A DNA stretch of 64,000 nt from Candidatus Latescibacterota bacterium (lineage in GTDB: Bacteria; Latescibacterota; UBA2968; UBA8231): NCBI GenBank assembly GCA_965243025.1, contig CBDETY010000003.1, positions 1,952,001-2,016,000 of the forward strand, written 5' to 3'. The notes beneath the pieces are model-generated. The model searched no databases and had not been told where the DNA came from. It was given only the letters and a program-made list of their open reading frames with translations. Shown here piece after piece: positions 9,063-18,612 of the stretch; within the stretch, counting starts at the first letter, position 1; each line of letters opens with the position of its first letter. The translations under genes and the position numbers were made by a program.

Positions 9063-9137
9063 GGCATTCTCCTTTGTCGGTGGGTATCATCCGGATGGGG
9101 TTCGTTTAGTCGATGGGTAGCATTGAGCCAAGCTGAA

Positions 9138-9863
9138 ATGCTGATTCGAGAAGGGGTGGGGATTCCGGCCCGGCTGGCCCTGATCTTTGGGGTTCTCGCC
9201 TCTCCGCTTTTCTCCGAGACCTGGATGGGCCTCGAAGTCGAGCCCGAAAACCGATGTTCCCCCTACAACCGTGATCGGGACTACCGGTATTCTCAATCTC
9301 TGGAGCCGGCCATAGCCGCTCGAATGGGAGGCATCCGATGCCGGTACACCGGCAGGACCTACCGAAGCCTCCGGCAGACCGACATCGAGCACGTGGTCGC
9401 TGTGAGCGAGGCGCATGACTCCGGTCTGTGCGCGGCGGATGCGGCCACCAAACGCCGATTCGCCAACGACCTGCTCAACCTCACCCTGTCGGACCCGGCG
9501 GTTAACCGCTACCAGAAGAGCGGGAAGGATGCGGGAGAGTGGATGCCCCGGATCGACCCCCGAGGGTTTGCGGAGACCGTCATCAAGGTGAAGCGGAAGT
9601 ACGGCCTGAGCATTGACCGGAGGGAGCGGAAGGCACTTGAGATGGCCCTGGCCGGCGACACCCTCACTGTCCTGACCGATTCCCTGGAAGTCCAGGTGGA
9701 CCCTCTACGGGAGGAAAGCCCCCTCGATCTGTGGGACGACAACGGAAACGGGTGGATTACGTGTGCGGAGGCCAGAAGGCACGGGATTGCCCCGGTGCCC
9801 CGAAATCATCCGGCCTACATCTACATGCGCGATGGGGATGGAGACGGTTGGGTCTGTGAGTGA
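9138..9863 (+). CDS. Exported DUF1524/HNH-type nuclease with C-terminal excalibur-like Ca-binding domain
   Basis: Signal-like N-terminus. DIEHVVAVSEAHDSG...FANDLLNLTL...VNRYQKSGKDAGEW (DUF1524-like His-Me core). CAEAR...AP...HPAY...RDGDGDGWVCE (excalibur). Alternative TTG start at 9123. Confidence 0.8.
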   Translation: MLIREGVGIPARLALIFGVLASPLFSETWMGLEVEPENRCSPYNRDRDYRYSQSLEPAIAARMGGIRCRYTGRTYRSLRQTDIEHVVAVSEAHDSGLCAADAATKRRFANDLLNLTLSDPAVNRYQKSGKDAGEWMPRIDPRGFAETVIKVKRKYGLSIDRRERKALEMALAGDTLTVLTDSLEVQVDPLREESPLDLWDDNGNGWITCAEARRHGIAPVPRNHPAYIYMRDGDGDGWVCE

Positions 9864-10058
9864 AACAGAAGCCCGCCGGTCCTGGTGAGGTTTGAGAACA
9901 GTGGCAGAGGGAACCGAAAGGCGGGTCTGGACGAAATCGGCAAAATGCGGGAGGGCTCTTTCCGGCTCAAGAGACTACGCTCGGGAGACATAGTTCAATA
10001 GACGGACAAGAGGCTCCAGCCAAGTGCCTCCCAACCTGCTCGATCCCCCCTGCTCAAA

Positions 10059-10211
10059 TTACCCGTCATCGTCGGCAGTTCTCTTTTCCTCTTCGGGATC
10101 TTCCTTCTCGCTGCACGGGATGCATATGTACTCGCCGGGAGCGGGCTTATAGAACAGGTGCCAGGGCCTGATTTCCTGGCCGCATACGCAGCAGACCGGC
10201 TTGAAAACCAT
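10059..10211 (-). CDS. 50-aa CxxC-CxxC zinc-finger microprotein
   Basis: MVFKPVCCVCGQEIRAWHLFYKPAPGEYICIPCSEKEDPEEEKRTADDDG. The ATG directly follows the TAA of the upstream gene. Not in the ORF track. Confidence 0.6.
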   Translation of the reverse strand: MVFKPVCCVCGQEIRPWHLFYKPAPGEYICIPCSEKEDPEEEKRTADDDG

Positions 10212-10433
10212 TTACTCCCTCGTGTCCCCGATTCTGCCCTCCTCGTCCACGAAGATCCGGAAGGGCGAGGCCACCATTTTTCGGGAGGACTTGGTAAGGC
10301 CGTGCACGCACTCGATGCAGACATCGAACTTCCTCCCCTCGGCCATCCTGCTGGCCGTTCCGACCTTGAGCTGACCGCGCAAGTCGTCTTCGGATACGAC
10401 CTCGTTGCAGATATCACAAATGGTGGTTGCCAT
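10212..10433 (-). CDS. Small zinc-finger protein (phage-like)
   Basis: CDIC...DVCIEC motifs and an AAGGA RBS. Confidence 0.65.
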   Translation of the reverse strand: MATTICDICNEVVSEDDLRGQLKVGTASRMAEGRKFDVCIECVHGLTKSSRKMVASPFRIFVDEEGRIGDTRE

Positions 10434-10659
10434 GTTCCTTTTCCTTTCCTGGTGGATTGAATGCCTTGTAGGACAGGATCAAGCCTTTTTCCTGGTGGTG
10501 GATGATCGCTCCCATGAGCCGGAGATACCTTTCCGGCATAGTTCGCTTTCCCTTCTCCCACAGACACACTTCGGCTTCGCTGACTCCGAGGGCGATGCCC
10601 AGCTCCCATTGCTTCATGCCCAGGGCGTCTCTGGCCCTTTTCAGCTGATTTTGGGTCAT
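10414..10659 (-). CDS. XRE/Cro-like helix-turn-helix regulator
   Basis: MTQNQLKRARDALGMKQWELGIALGVSEAEVCLWEKGKR is an HTH_3 pattern. GGAGG RBS. Confidence 0.85.
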   Translation of the reverse strand: MTQNQLKRARDALGMKQWELGIALGVSEAEVCLWEKGKRTMPERYLRLMGAIIHHQEKGLILSYKAFNPPGKEKEHGNHHL

Positions 10660-11078
10660 TTCTAATTCCCTCCATGTTAGGTTGGTTTTCGGCGGAAATA
10701 CTGACAGAAAGGGCACAGAACGGCCTGAGACGGCCTGTCGGGCATGGTCGTTGACTCGACAGTCCGCTATGCTATTTTTTGATTGGAAGGGTGTGTCCGT
10801 CGCCGTTGCGCCGACGAGAACAGCGGGAAAGGAGTTGTTACCTGAAAGGATAACCAGCCAACTACCACAGGCCGAAAGGCAATGGGGAGGTTAAAACCTT
10901 TCCACTATGTTATACCAGTTTTTTTGCAAAAACGCGGATCTGAGTTCCAACTGGGGTTGAGAATCCGAAGGCCGGGGGGCTCGGGAGCAAGCCCAAGGAA
11001 ATCACCAATTATTCACCTTGGCTGTAGAACATAGAATGACTGCATGGTTCATCCTTCCAAGGAGAATGACTTATAGCT

Positions 11079-11790
11079 TGTCCAGTTCCGGAATGGTGGT
11101 TGACACATCAGACCTCCGTTGTCGGGGGTTTCTCAGCGGCTCCCCAGAAGAGAGTCGATGGAGTGTGGCCGCGAGTTCGGTAGCCCTGATGGGGTCGCTC
11201 GTTGTTGTAGAAGTCGAGGAACCGCTGCAGGGACGCGTCCAGTTGCTGCGGGGTGGTGAAATACCTGCGGCGGAAGGCGACGCGCCAATGCTGGTGAAGG
11301 ATCGTGCTCGAAGCCGTTCGTCCAGGGGTGGTGCGGCTTGGTGCGGGTGTGTCTGATCCCGAGATCGTGACACGCCGCATCGAAACTGCCCTTGAATTCA
11401 CTGCCTCGGTCCGTGAGGACCCGCTGGAACGGCCATCCGGCGGCCTCGTAGAACGGCAGCAGGGAGTCGACGAGGAAGCGCACGGCATGGTCGCTGGTGC
11501 AGGCGGGGATGATACGGGCCACGGCGTAGGAACAGGCCGCATCGCACGCCGTAATCTGCCAGACCTTCCCGACGCCCTTGAGGCGGCCGATGTAGAACGT
11601 GTCGAGACAGACGAGCTCTCCCGGCTCGCTGGCCTGCACATGTCGCCTTTGCCTACGAGCTCGCTGCCGGCGGCGGCGCGTACGCTCGGTGAGCAATCCG
11701 CGGCGCTCGGCGCTGTGACGCTCGAGGAGAAGGAGCCGCTCATGCCGCGTACCCAGTCCGACGCGACGCAGGGCCCGGTAGATGGTGCTC
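11079..11790 (-). mobile_element. IS481-family remnant (5'-truncated, frameshifted integrase-core transposase)
   Basis: PGELVCLDTFYIGRLKGVGKVWQ...VLTDRGSEF...IRHTRTKPHHPWTNG, then a shifted frame ...FYNNERPHQG. A terminus ending in ACA (TGT at 11079-11081) follows the stop. Confidence 0.85.
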
Positions 11791-11897
11791 GGGAGACAGG
11801 GGACGCAACTGCTCAGCCAGCTGCAGGGCGTAAAACCCGGGACCACACGTGGGGTACAACAGGGAATGCGGTTCCTCCCTGTTGAGGACTACAGTGA

Positions 11898-13805
11898 ATG
11901 AGCCTGAGAGACATTAAATACCAGACGGATTATCGCTCTGGTTACGAAAACATCGTTGAAGCCTTTTTCCGTCCGTCACTTCGGGAAGCAAAGCGCTATT
12001 GGCGGGCTGTTGGGTATTTTTCCAGTTCCGCCCTAGAGTCTTTCGGTTCTCCATTGGGTGAGTTCGTAAAGAATGGTGGTTCCATCCGCCTTGTCACCTC
12101 CATCGAGCTTTCATTGACGGATCTTGAGGCGATCGAGAACGGCAGGCCAAAGGAGGAAATCTGCGCCAAACGCTTATTACAAACGATTGAGAACGAATTC
12201 GCCGACGGTGTCGGCGATGGCACCGCCCGCCTTGTGCGATTACTCGAACTTGGCAGGCTGGAAATCCAAATTGCAGTTCCTAAAACCGGAACCGGGATCT
12301 ACCATGAAAAGATCGGGCTTTTCATAGACAACGGTGATTTTGTTGCCTTCACCGGTTCTTCAAATGAAAGCCGTAACGCATTCGAAAACAACAGGGAATG
12401 CATTGACGTATACCCCTCATGGGAAAGCAGCAGGCGTGCCCAACGAAAACGGGATCACTTTGAAGCCCTGTGGAGGCGTACGGATATGGGAGTAGACGTT
12501 TTCAGTTTTCCGGAGGCAGCACAAAAAAAGCTGTTTCGCATTGTCGGTGAATTGGAAGGCGGACGGCGCACTCAGGATACCGACGAAAAGGGAAATCTCT
12601 GGTTGCATCAGAGAGCTGCCATTTCCGAGTTCATGGAAAAAAAACATGGTATTCTAGAAATGGCCACCGGAACGGGCAAGACACGCACAGCCCTTTCAAT
12701 TTTGGCCCACTTGGTCAAGTCGAATGCAATCCATACGGCGATTATCGCGGCGGACGGGAATGATCTACTGGACCAGTGGTGGGGCGACCTCGCCAGCGTT
12801 CTCGCTGAGTGCTATCCCCGTTTTCGGCTATTACGTCACCACGGACCGCATTTTGATCGTGATGAATACTTGATCGATCCAGAGAACACTGTCCTATTAT
12901 GCTCCCGACCGGCGCTGCAAGGAGTCCTCAGACGACTCGGTGAGAGATCGAAAGGTGGAGCGATCCTGATCCAAGACGAGGTTCATCGTTTCGGCAGTGC
13001 CACTCATGTAGCGAAACTTGATGGGGCAGCAGATGCCATCCCCTGGCGCTTGGGCCTCAGCGCAACCCCGGATCGCCAATATGACCAAGACGGAAATGCA
13101 TTCATCAAGCGAAATATCGGTCCAGTTATCTTCCGCTACGGTCTTGAGGAAGCAATCGCCGATGGTATCCTGTGTGAATTCGACTATGTCCCGCTTGAAT
13201 GGAATCCTAGCAAGGACGACAGATTGGCCGTTCACGCTCTGATGCGCCGACGGGCGGCGAGTCAAGGTGGGGACAGCCCGATGACCGAAGAGGAATTTCG
13301 ACGCGAGGTAGCACGCGTCTATAAGATTTCAACCCAAAAGGTCCCCCTCTTCCAGCGCTTCGTAACCGAACATCCCTGGACGCTGGAACGTTGCATAGTA
13401 TTCGTCGCCGAGAAAGCCTATGGGGAGTTAGTGAGGGATCACATTCATGCAGTCACGCCTCGATTCCATACCTACTTTGACGTTGATGATTCAGCAGTCC
13501 TTCGAGAGTTCGCGACCGGTGGAATTGAATGCCTAATAACTTGCCACCGCGTTTCAGAGGGAATCGACATCCGTAGCGTAAAAACGGTAGTACTCCTATC
13601 TGCCGATCGAACAAGGTTGGAAACTATTCAGCGGATCGGACGGTGTCTACGCATAGACCACCGTAATCCAAAAAAGAGAGCTCTGGTAGTCGATTTCATT
13701 CGACGGCGCACTACGCCAGATGACGACCCAACGGCAGACGAAGACCGCAAATTGTGGCTGGAAGCCCTTGGGAAGATAAGGAGAGCTTCAAGTTGTCAAG
13801 AGTGA
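11898..13805 (+). CDS. pbeA: PLD nuclease - DEAD/DEAH SF2 helicase, PT-associated (PbeA-like)
   Basis: N-terminal RAVGYFSS and HEK...D...GSSN (PLD). MATGTGKT, QDEVH, GLSATP, EGIDI and QRIGR (SF2). First gene of a 4-gene overlapping operon beside dnd. Confidence 0.8.
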   Translation: MSLRDIKYQTDYRSGYENIVEAFFRPSLREAKRYWRAVGYFSSSALESFGSPLGEFVKNGGSIRLVTSIELSLTDLEAIENGRPKEEICAKRLLQTIENEFADGVGDGTARLVRLLELGRLEIQIAVPKTGTGIYHEKIGLFIDNGDFVAFTGSSNESRNAFENNRECIDVYPSWESSRRAQRKRDHFEALWRRTDMGVDVFSFPEAAQKKLFRIVGELEGGRRTQDTDEKGNLWLHQRAAISEFMEKKHGILEMATGTGKTRTALSILAHLVKSNAIHTAIIAADGNDLLDQWWGDLASVLAECYPRFRLLRHHGPHFDRDEYLIDPENTVLLCSRPALQGVLRRLGERSKGGAILIQDEVHRFGSATHVAKLDGAADAIPWRLGLSATPDRQYDQDGNAFIKRNIGPVIFRYGLEEAIADGILCEFDYVPLEWNPSKDDRLAVHALMRRRAASQGGDSPMTEEEFRREVARVYKISTQKVPLFQRFVTEHPWTLERCIVFVAEKAYGELVRDHIHAVTPRFHTYFDVDDSAVLREFATGGIECLITCHRVSEGIDIRSVKTVVLLSADRTRLETIQRIGRCLRIDHRNPKKRALVVDFIRRRTTPDDDPTADEDRKLWLEALGKIRRASSCQE

Positions 13806-14029
13806 ATGAGAATGTGATTGCGGCACTAAGGCGCGCAGCGAACAATGCCAATCAGCCAAAGGAAGTCGCAGAGCGTTTTGTTTCTTGGCTGGATGCACTG
13901 GCTACGGGTAACGCGGTGATAACCGACAATAATGAGGCGATAAAGCGAATCTCGGATCTACTGGACCTCGTGCGTGTATCCTCGGAACAAACCAAGGCGG
14001 ACGATCTGAAATCGGAGGTTGGAAAATGA
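13802..14029 (+). CDS. pbeB: Small protein associated with the CxC ATPase (PbeB-like)
   Basis: GTG start overlaps the upstream TGA (GTGA), and its stop overlaps the next ATG. 75 aa, A...QP..VA..FVSWLD.L..GN pattern. Named mainly by position. Confidence 0.65.
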   Translation: MNENVIAALRRAANNANQPKEVAERFVSWLDALATGNAVITDNNEAIKRISDLLDLVRVSSEQTKADDLKSEVGK

Positions 14030-16017
14030 GCGATGTTCGGTTACTGGGTTGGAATGCCAAGGGAATGCGGTGCCCCGACCACGAGGTATCGCTGATTCGA
14101 TCAGACGGAAAACACCACCAGGTCAGCTTGATCCAGATGCCGAATGGCACAGGGAAGACAACAACCCTTGAGTTGCTCCGCGCTGCATTGTCAGGCCCTG
14201 AAGCTTGGGCGGATTCAAATAGGATATCCGAATTTGCGCCCCACCGAAAGGAGGTAGGAAATGGTGAGTTCAAAGTCCGTTTATTAGTCGATGGAAGACC
14301 CTTCACAATTGAAATGTTTCTTCACTTCGACATTAGGCGTGTGGATTTTCGGACGACATGGATATCATCGGTACCCCGGTTCCAACGCCCACCCTCTCTG
14401 TTACGCGTTCTGACTCCAGAGTTCGTTCCCTTCTTTGTCTTCAACGGGGAACTGGCACACGACCTCTTAAATCCAAAAAAGACACGCGCGCGCGAAGCAC
14501 TGGAGGTCCAGTTTCAACTGACAAGTCTAAATCACCTCTCAGGGCTATTGGATAAATACTGGGAAGATAAGACCCGCAATTCAACGGCGAGAGGTGCGAA
14601 GGGGTTAACCCAAAGACGAAACAGGCTGAATGATCTGTTAAAACGAAAAACCAAACTAGTCCAGGAACAGGAAAATCGGAAAAGTAAATTGGTCGAACTA
14701 ACCGCTAGGTTCGCAAAACTCGATGAGCAATACAAAATTCGATTTGATCAGGATAATCGAGCACAAAAGGAGCGGCGGCAACTCGAAGAAAATCTAACTC
14801 GGGCGAAAGAGAATTTATCCAAGTTGGTGGCGGTAACTCTTGATCAGATTCGCCATCCTCACTACCTGTCATTCCATTTCACGGCTGGGCTTCAGGCTCT
14901 CCGACAAAATTTCGAAAAGCTAAAATTACCGGAGAATGTAGCTAAGGAATTTTTTGAAGACTTAGCGGGAGCAAATCACTGTGTTTGTGGGGAAGAAATG
15001 ACTGACACACGGAAGATGAGGGTTCTAGAACGGCGGGATTCTTACCTAGGAAAGGAGGATCAAGGCATCCTGAATGGGATAAAGGGGGCAATTAAAGATA
15101 CAGCCGGTGCAGATCCCCGAGTCTATCGGGAGCAACTTAACAGGAAGCTAAATCGCCTTAATGATGGGGTCCGAGAACGTGACCTTATTCAAGGAGAGTT
15201 AGATGTTCTTGAACGAAAAAGGCTGGATGAGGGCGATGATGAGTTAACCGCAATGAAAGCCGAACTCAATGAGTTGGAGGAGGACATTGTAACGATTAAG
15301 AATCGGCTCGCGGAGTTGGACTCGGATGATGACTATGGCCGAGGTGACAAAACTGATTCTTTAAAAGCTCTTAACAAACTGATTATGCGGGCAAGGGATT
15401 TGGTTGACGAGGCGGCGGAAACTCGGGATGTGCGTCTGAAGACGGACCTTTTGAAAAATTTAATTGAAACAGCGGTAACCGAAGCTTCTAGGACCATCGC
15501 CAGCAAACTGGTTCAGTTTACCAATGAACGTCTAGAGACCATCCTTGTACGGGCACCGCTGCGTGTTTCGGATGTAGGAGACAGCGTAGTTCTTGATGGA
15601 CAAAGTCGTGGAAGCCCAGGACAAACCTTAGCCCTCGGTTATGCTTTTCTTCTAGGACTTTTTGACGCGGGGCAAGTGAGCCTGCCCTTTGTTGTCGACA
15701 GTCCCACCGGGGCACTGGATAAAAGTGTTCGACGGGAGATCGCAGAACTCCTCCCTGGGATGTCACAACAATTGGTTGCCTTCACTACCAGTTCGGAGTA
15801 TGACCGGTTCGTACCAGTAATCGATCACGCAGTTGGTGGAGATGTTCAATACCTGACAATGTTCAGGTTGAACAAATCAACTCGTACACTTCTCAAAAAT
15901 GTCGACCCTAGGTCGGTAACCTTGACAGAGAATGGTGCTCTTGTCGGATCCAAACCATTTTTTGAAACTTTTGATAGCGAGACTTACGACGACCCGGTGC
16001 CAGAGAGAGAAGACTAA
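14026..16017 (+). CDS. pbeC: SMC/Rad50-like CxC ABC ATPase (PbeC-like)
   Basis: Walker A MPNGTGKTT, FFVFNGE, long coiled coils with a central HCVCG Zn hook, signature SPGQ, Walker B/D-loop FVVDSPTGALD. Confidence 0.8.
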   Translation: MSDVRLLGWNAKGMRCPDHEVSLIRSDGKHHQVSLIQMPNGTGKTTTLELLRAALSGPEAWADSNRISEFAPHRKEVGNGEFKVRLLVDGRPFTIEMFLHFDIRRVDFRTTWISSVPRFQRPPSLLRVLTPEFVPFFVFNGELAHDLLNPKKTRAREALEVQFQLTSLNHLSGLLDKYWEDKTRNSTARGAKGLTQRRNRLNDLLKRKTKLVQEQENRKSKLVELTARFAKLDEQYKIRFDQDNRAQKERRQLEENLTRAKENLSKLVAVTLDQIRHPHYLSFHFTAGLQALRQNFEKLKLPENVAKEFFEDLAGANHCVCGEEMTDTRKMRVLERRDSYLGKEDQGILNGIKGAIKDTAGADPRVYREQLNRKLNRLNDGVRERDLIQGELDVLERKRLDEGDDELTAMKAELNELEEDIVTIKNRLAELDSDDDYGRGDKTDSLKALNKLIMRARDLVDEAAETRDVRLKTDLLKNLIETAVTEASRTIASKLVQFTNERLETILVRAPLRVSDVGDSVVLDGQSRGSPGQTLALGYAFLLGLFDAGQVSLPFVVDSPTGALDKSVRREIAELLPGMSQQLVAFTTSSEYDRFVPVIDHAVGGDVQYLTMFRLNKSTRTLLKNVDPRSVTLTENGALVGSKPFFETFDSETYDDPVPERED

Positions 16018-16550
16018 TGAGCTTTCGCCTTCGCATTGATGCCGAAAAGTGGTTTTCCGATATCGAATCAGATCTAGAATATAGGTTTGACGCATTTTAC
16101 TTTTGCCTAATGGCAGGATTCTCGGCCGTAAGAAAAGCTCCTATGACCTCGGAGGACAAACCGGCCTTCGTAGACGATTTTCCTGGACCATACAAACTTA
16201 ATCAAAATTTACTCCTTGGTGGGCTGATAAATGCAGAACTGCGGGATCTCCTGGGTCGCAGTGTTGCCATGAGCGATAAACCCGTCGTCGAGCAAACAGT
16301 GTCTAGGCTCCTATCCGTAACTGGATCAAATACTTACCTGAGCACCGGAGTAAATGGTGGCGCGGCGTTAATGAACGAGTATTCTAGTGGTGGCTTCAAC
16401 GTTCTTTCTGAACATCTTGACAAACCACGGCGACTCGAAACGTTCCTCCGTGGCTTCTCCAATCTAATTGAAAAACTGGATGCCCAAAGGATGGAGGTGG
16501 AAACCCTTCTTGAATCCGAACCCTTAAATGAGAATGTAATAACACCTTAA
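16017..16550 (+). CDS. pbeD: PbeD-like protein
   Basis: TAATG overlap with the ATPase stop. 177 aa with FDxFYFCLMAG. Fourth gene of the operon; named by synteny. Confidence 0.6.
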   Translation: MSFRLRIDAEKWFSDIESDLEYRFDAFYFCLMAGFSAVRKAPMTSEDKPAFVDDFPGPYKLNQNLLLGGLINAELRDLLGRSVAMSDKPVVEQTVSRLLSVTGSNTYLSTGVNGGAALMNEYSSGGFNVLSEHLDKPRRLETFLRGFSNLIEKLDAQRMEVETLLESEPLNENVITP

Positions 16551-16621
16551 CACAGCCTCTCCATTCAAAGTTCTAACTGTTCGCCTCCCCCAAAATACAT
16601 AAAGAGGTAAAAAACAAGCCG

Positions 16622-18499
16622 ATGGACCTAGATTCCTACATTCAACCGGTGGATTATCTTGAAGCAAAGCGAAAATTGCTGGGTGAAGTCTTTTTGGTTC
16701 CTGAGCGACAATTTGTCATCCCATTGAACCAAAGGCCTTGGGCTTGGAGGGACAGCAAAGATGTCCAATCGTTTTTGAGCGATTTCTGGAACATACTTTT
16801 TGCCTTTTTTGATCCGGATTCGTCCCCCAAGTGGGAAGCAAGAAAAGGAATCCAGCGACCGCCTCATTTTTTCGGGACGTTTGTTTTTTTCCGGCCTCCG
16901 GCCCACAATAATACCCTTGAGATTTTTGATGGACAGCAAAGAATAACCGCAGTTACCATGCTGTGCAGAATTCTCAGAGAACTCGCCATGGAACAAAGCG
17001 TAAAACCTGGTGGACACCAAACCTTGGCGCTCCAGTTGTATGGTGGCTTCGACAGCTGGCTCCGTGTATCCCCTTCCTCCGCAACGCCCCGACTTAGGCC
17101 GAACATTCTTTTCCAGGGTTTATTTAATGCACTAATTCTCCAGTCTCAAAATGAGACCGAACGAAAAGCGGAGATAATGAAACTCCCAGAAATACAACGC
17201 CACCATACGATTTCCAAAAAACTAATTAGCAGTTTCAGGCACATGCGTGCCTGGATTCGAGAACGAACTGACAGCGAAACTCCCGATGACTTAACAAGCT
17301 TTTTGAGCGCTTCTCATCAAGTATTGCGTTATTTGTTTTCCTGCATCGAAACATTGATTTTTGACGAACAATACTCTTACGAGGTATTTGGATGTCTTAA
17401 TGCCCGGGGAGAAAGGTTAACACACGCCGATAACATAAAGAATGAACTATTCAAAATCGCCAATGCCGAACACCATCGGACAATTTCTGAAACTTGGAAC
17501 CGAATTGGAGAGAATGTTCCGGGGCAAGACATAGGCGAATTTCTACGACGGCGTCATATTGCACTTTTTGATACTTGCAAGAAGCAGGAGATATACAGCA
17601 AAATTAATAGAACGGAATTGTCCCAGATTTCTACGGTTGAGCTAATATCTGACTGGGAACAAGATAGCCGTACTGTACGTCGAATCCTAAATCGAGACGC
17701 AAGTCAAGCAAAGGGGAAAACCTTAGAGAGGTTGAAGTGCATTTTTGATATCCTGAACGTAGGGTTAGCTTACATCCCACTTCTTTCGGCGGCTAGGAAA
17801 TTCCTACCTACTGATAAAGACAACTTCCATAAGTGTGTTTGCTTAGTGGAAAATTTCGTGTTTCGAACCCTAACCATTGGACAAATGGACACTTCTCAAC
17901 TTGAACAAAGGCTTGGAGAAGCAGCGAGGGGTCTGGTTGATGGTTGGTCTGTGGATAAGTTTCGGGAATTTTTGGCTGACCATAACAATGATTCGACCTT
18001 TAAATCAGATTTCGAAAAACACAGTGAACGGCGTTCTGGGGTTCAGTACTATATTTTGAGTGAATTGGAAAAGTTTTCATTGGGGAGCGGAAAAGGTGTT
18101 GTTCCAGGTGATCACGAATCAGCCAAAAACCACATAGAGCACATTCTACCCAAAAGGCTCTCGCAGGATAAAGGAAGGCAAGGTGAATGGGGTTGGGCTA
18201 GGGCTAATATGAACCAACACCGCAATCTAACTAATCGAATCGGAAATCTCCTCATTCTCGAAAGCGACATTAATAAATCGGTTGGAAACCATGTTTTCTC
18301 AGTCAAACAAACGGGAGAATTTAAGAAGAAAAGAAGTGGGGAGATAAAGCAGATTAAGTGCTACCGAGACTCATCCCTACCTTGGGCAAAGAGACTGCAC
18401 AACAGGCAAGCTTGGCGGCAATGGACGGAAACCCAGATTCAGAAAAGACAGGTAATGATGGCTAACGATGCTGTCAAAGTTTGGAACATTCAAGCCTGA
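16622..18499 (+). CDS. DUF262-DUF1524 protein (GmrSD type IV restriction / SspE-like architecture)
   Basis: FVIPLNQRPWAW, IFDGQQRIT and FGCLNARGERLTHADNIKN (DUF262). HIEHILPK...NRIGNLLILESDINKSVGN (DUF1524 HNH). Confidence 0.9.
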   Translation: MDLDSYIQPVDYLEAKRKLLGEVFLVPERQFVIPLNQRPWAWRDSKDVQSFLSDFWNILFAFFDPDSSPKWEARKGIQRPPHFFGTFVFFRPPAHNNTLEIFDGQQRITAVTMLCRILRELAMEQSVKPGGHQTLALQLYGGFDSWLRVSPSSATPRLRPNILFQGLFNALILQSQNETERKAEIMKLPEIQRHHTISKKLISSFRHMRAWIRERTDSETPDDLTSFLSASHQVLRYLFSCIETLIFDEQYSYEVFGCLNARGERLTHADNIKNELFKIANAEHHRTISETWNRIGENVPGQDIGEFLRRRHIALFDTCKKQEIYSKINRTELSQISTVELISDWEQDSRTVRRILNRDASQAKGKTLERLKCIFDILNVGLAYIPLLSAARKFLPTDKDNFHKCVCLVENFVFRTLTIGQMDTSQLEQRLGEAARGLVDGWSVDKFREFLADHNNDSTFKSDFEKHSERRSGVQYYILSELEKFSLGSGKGVVPGDHESAKNHIEHILPKRLSQDKGRQGEWGWARANMNQHRNLTNRIGNLLILESDINKSVGNHVFSVKQTGEFKKKRSGEIKQIKCYRDSSLPWAKRLHNRQAWRQWTETQIQKRQVMMANDAVKVWNIQA

Positions 18500-18612
18500 A
18501 TCGCCATTGTCGAAAATCCCTCCTTTTTCCCGTTTCCGGGGTTTTTTCTAAGGCTTCGGGAGGCTCCTTAGTGCCTGAAAAAAATACAGCCCCATTACTT
18601 TGTTTTCGAAAA

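Noticed and set aside
11898-16550. Calling this operon dndFGH or a type III restriction system
   Set aside because: There is no methyltransferase. The gene sizes and PLD-helicase / small / CxC ATPase / small order fit PbeABCD, not DndFGH.
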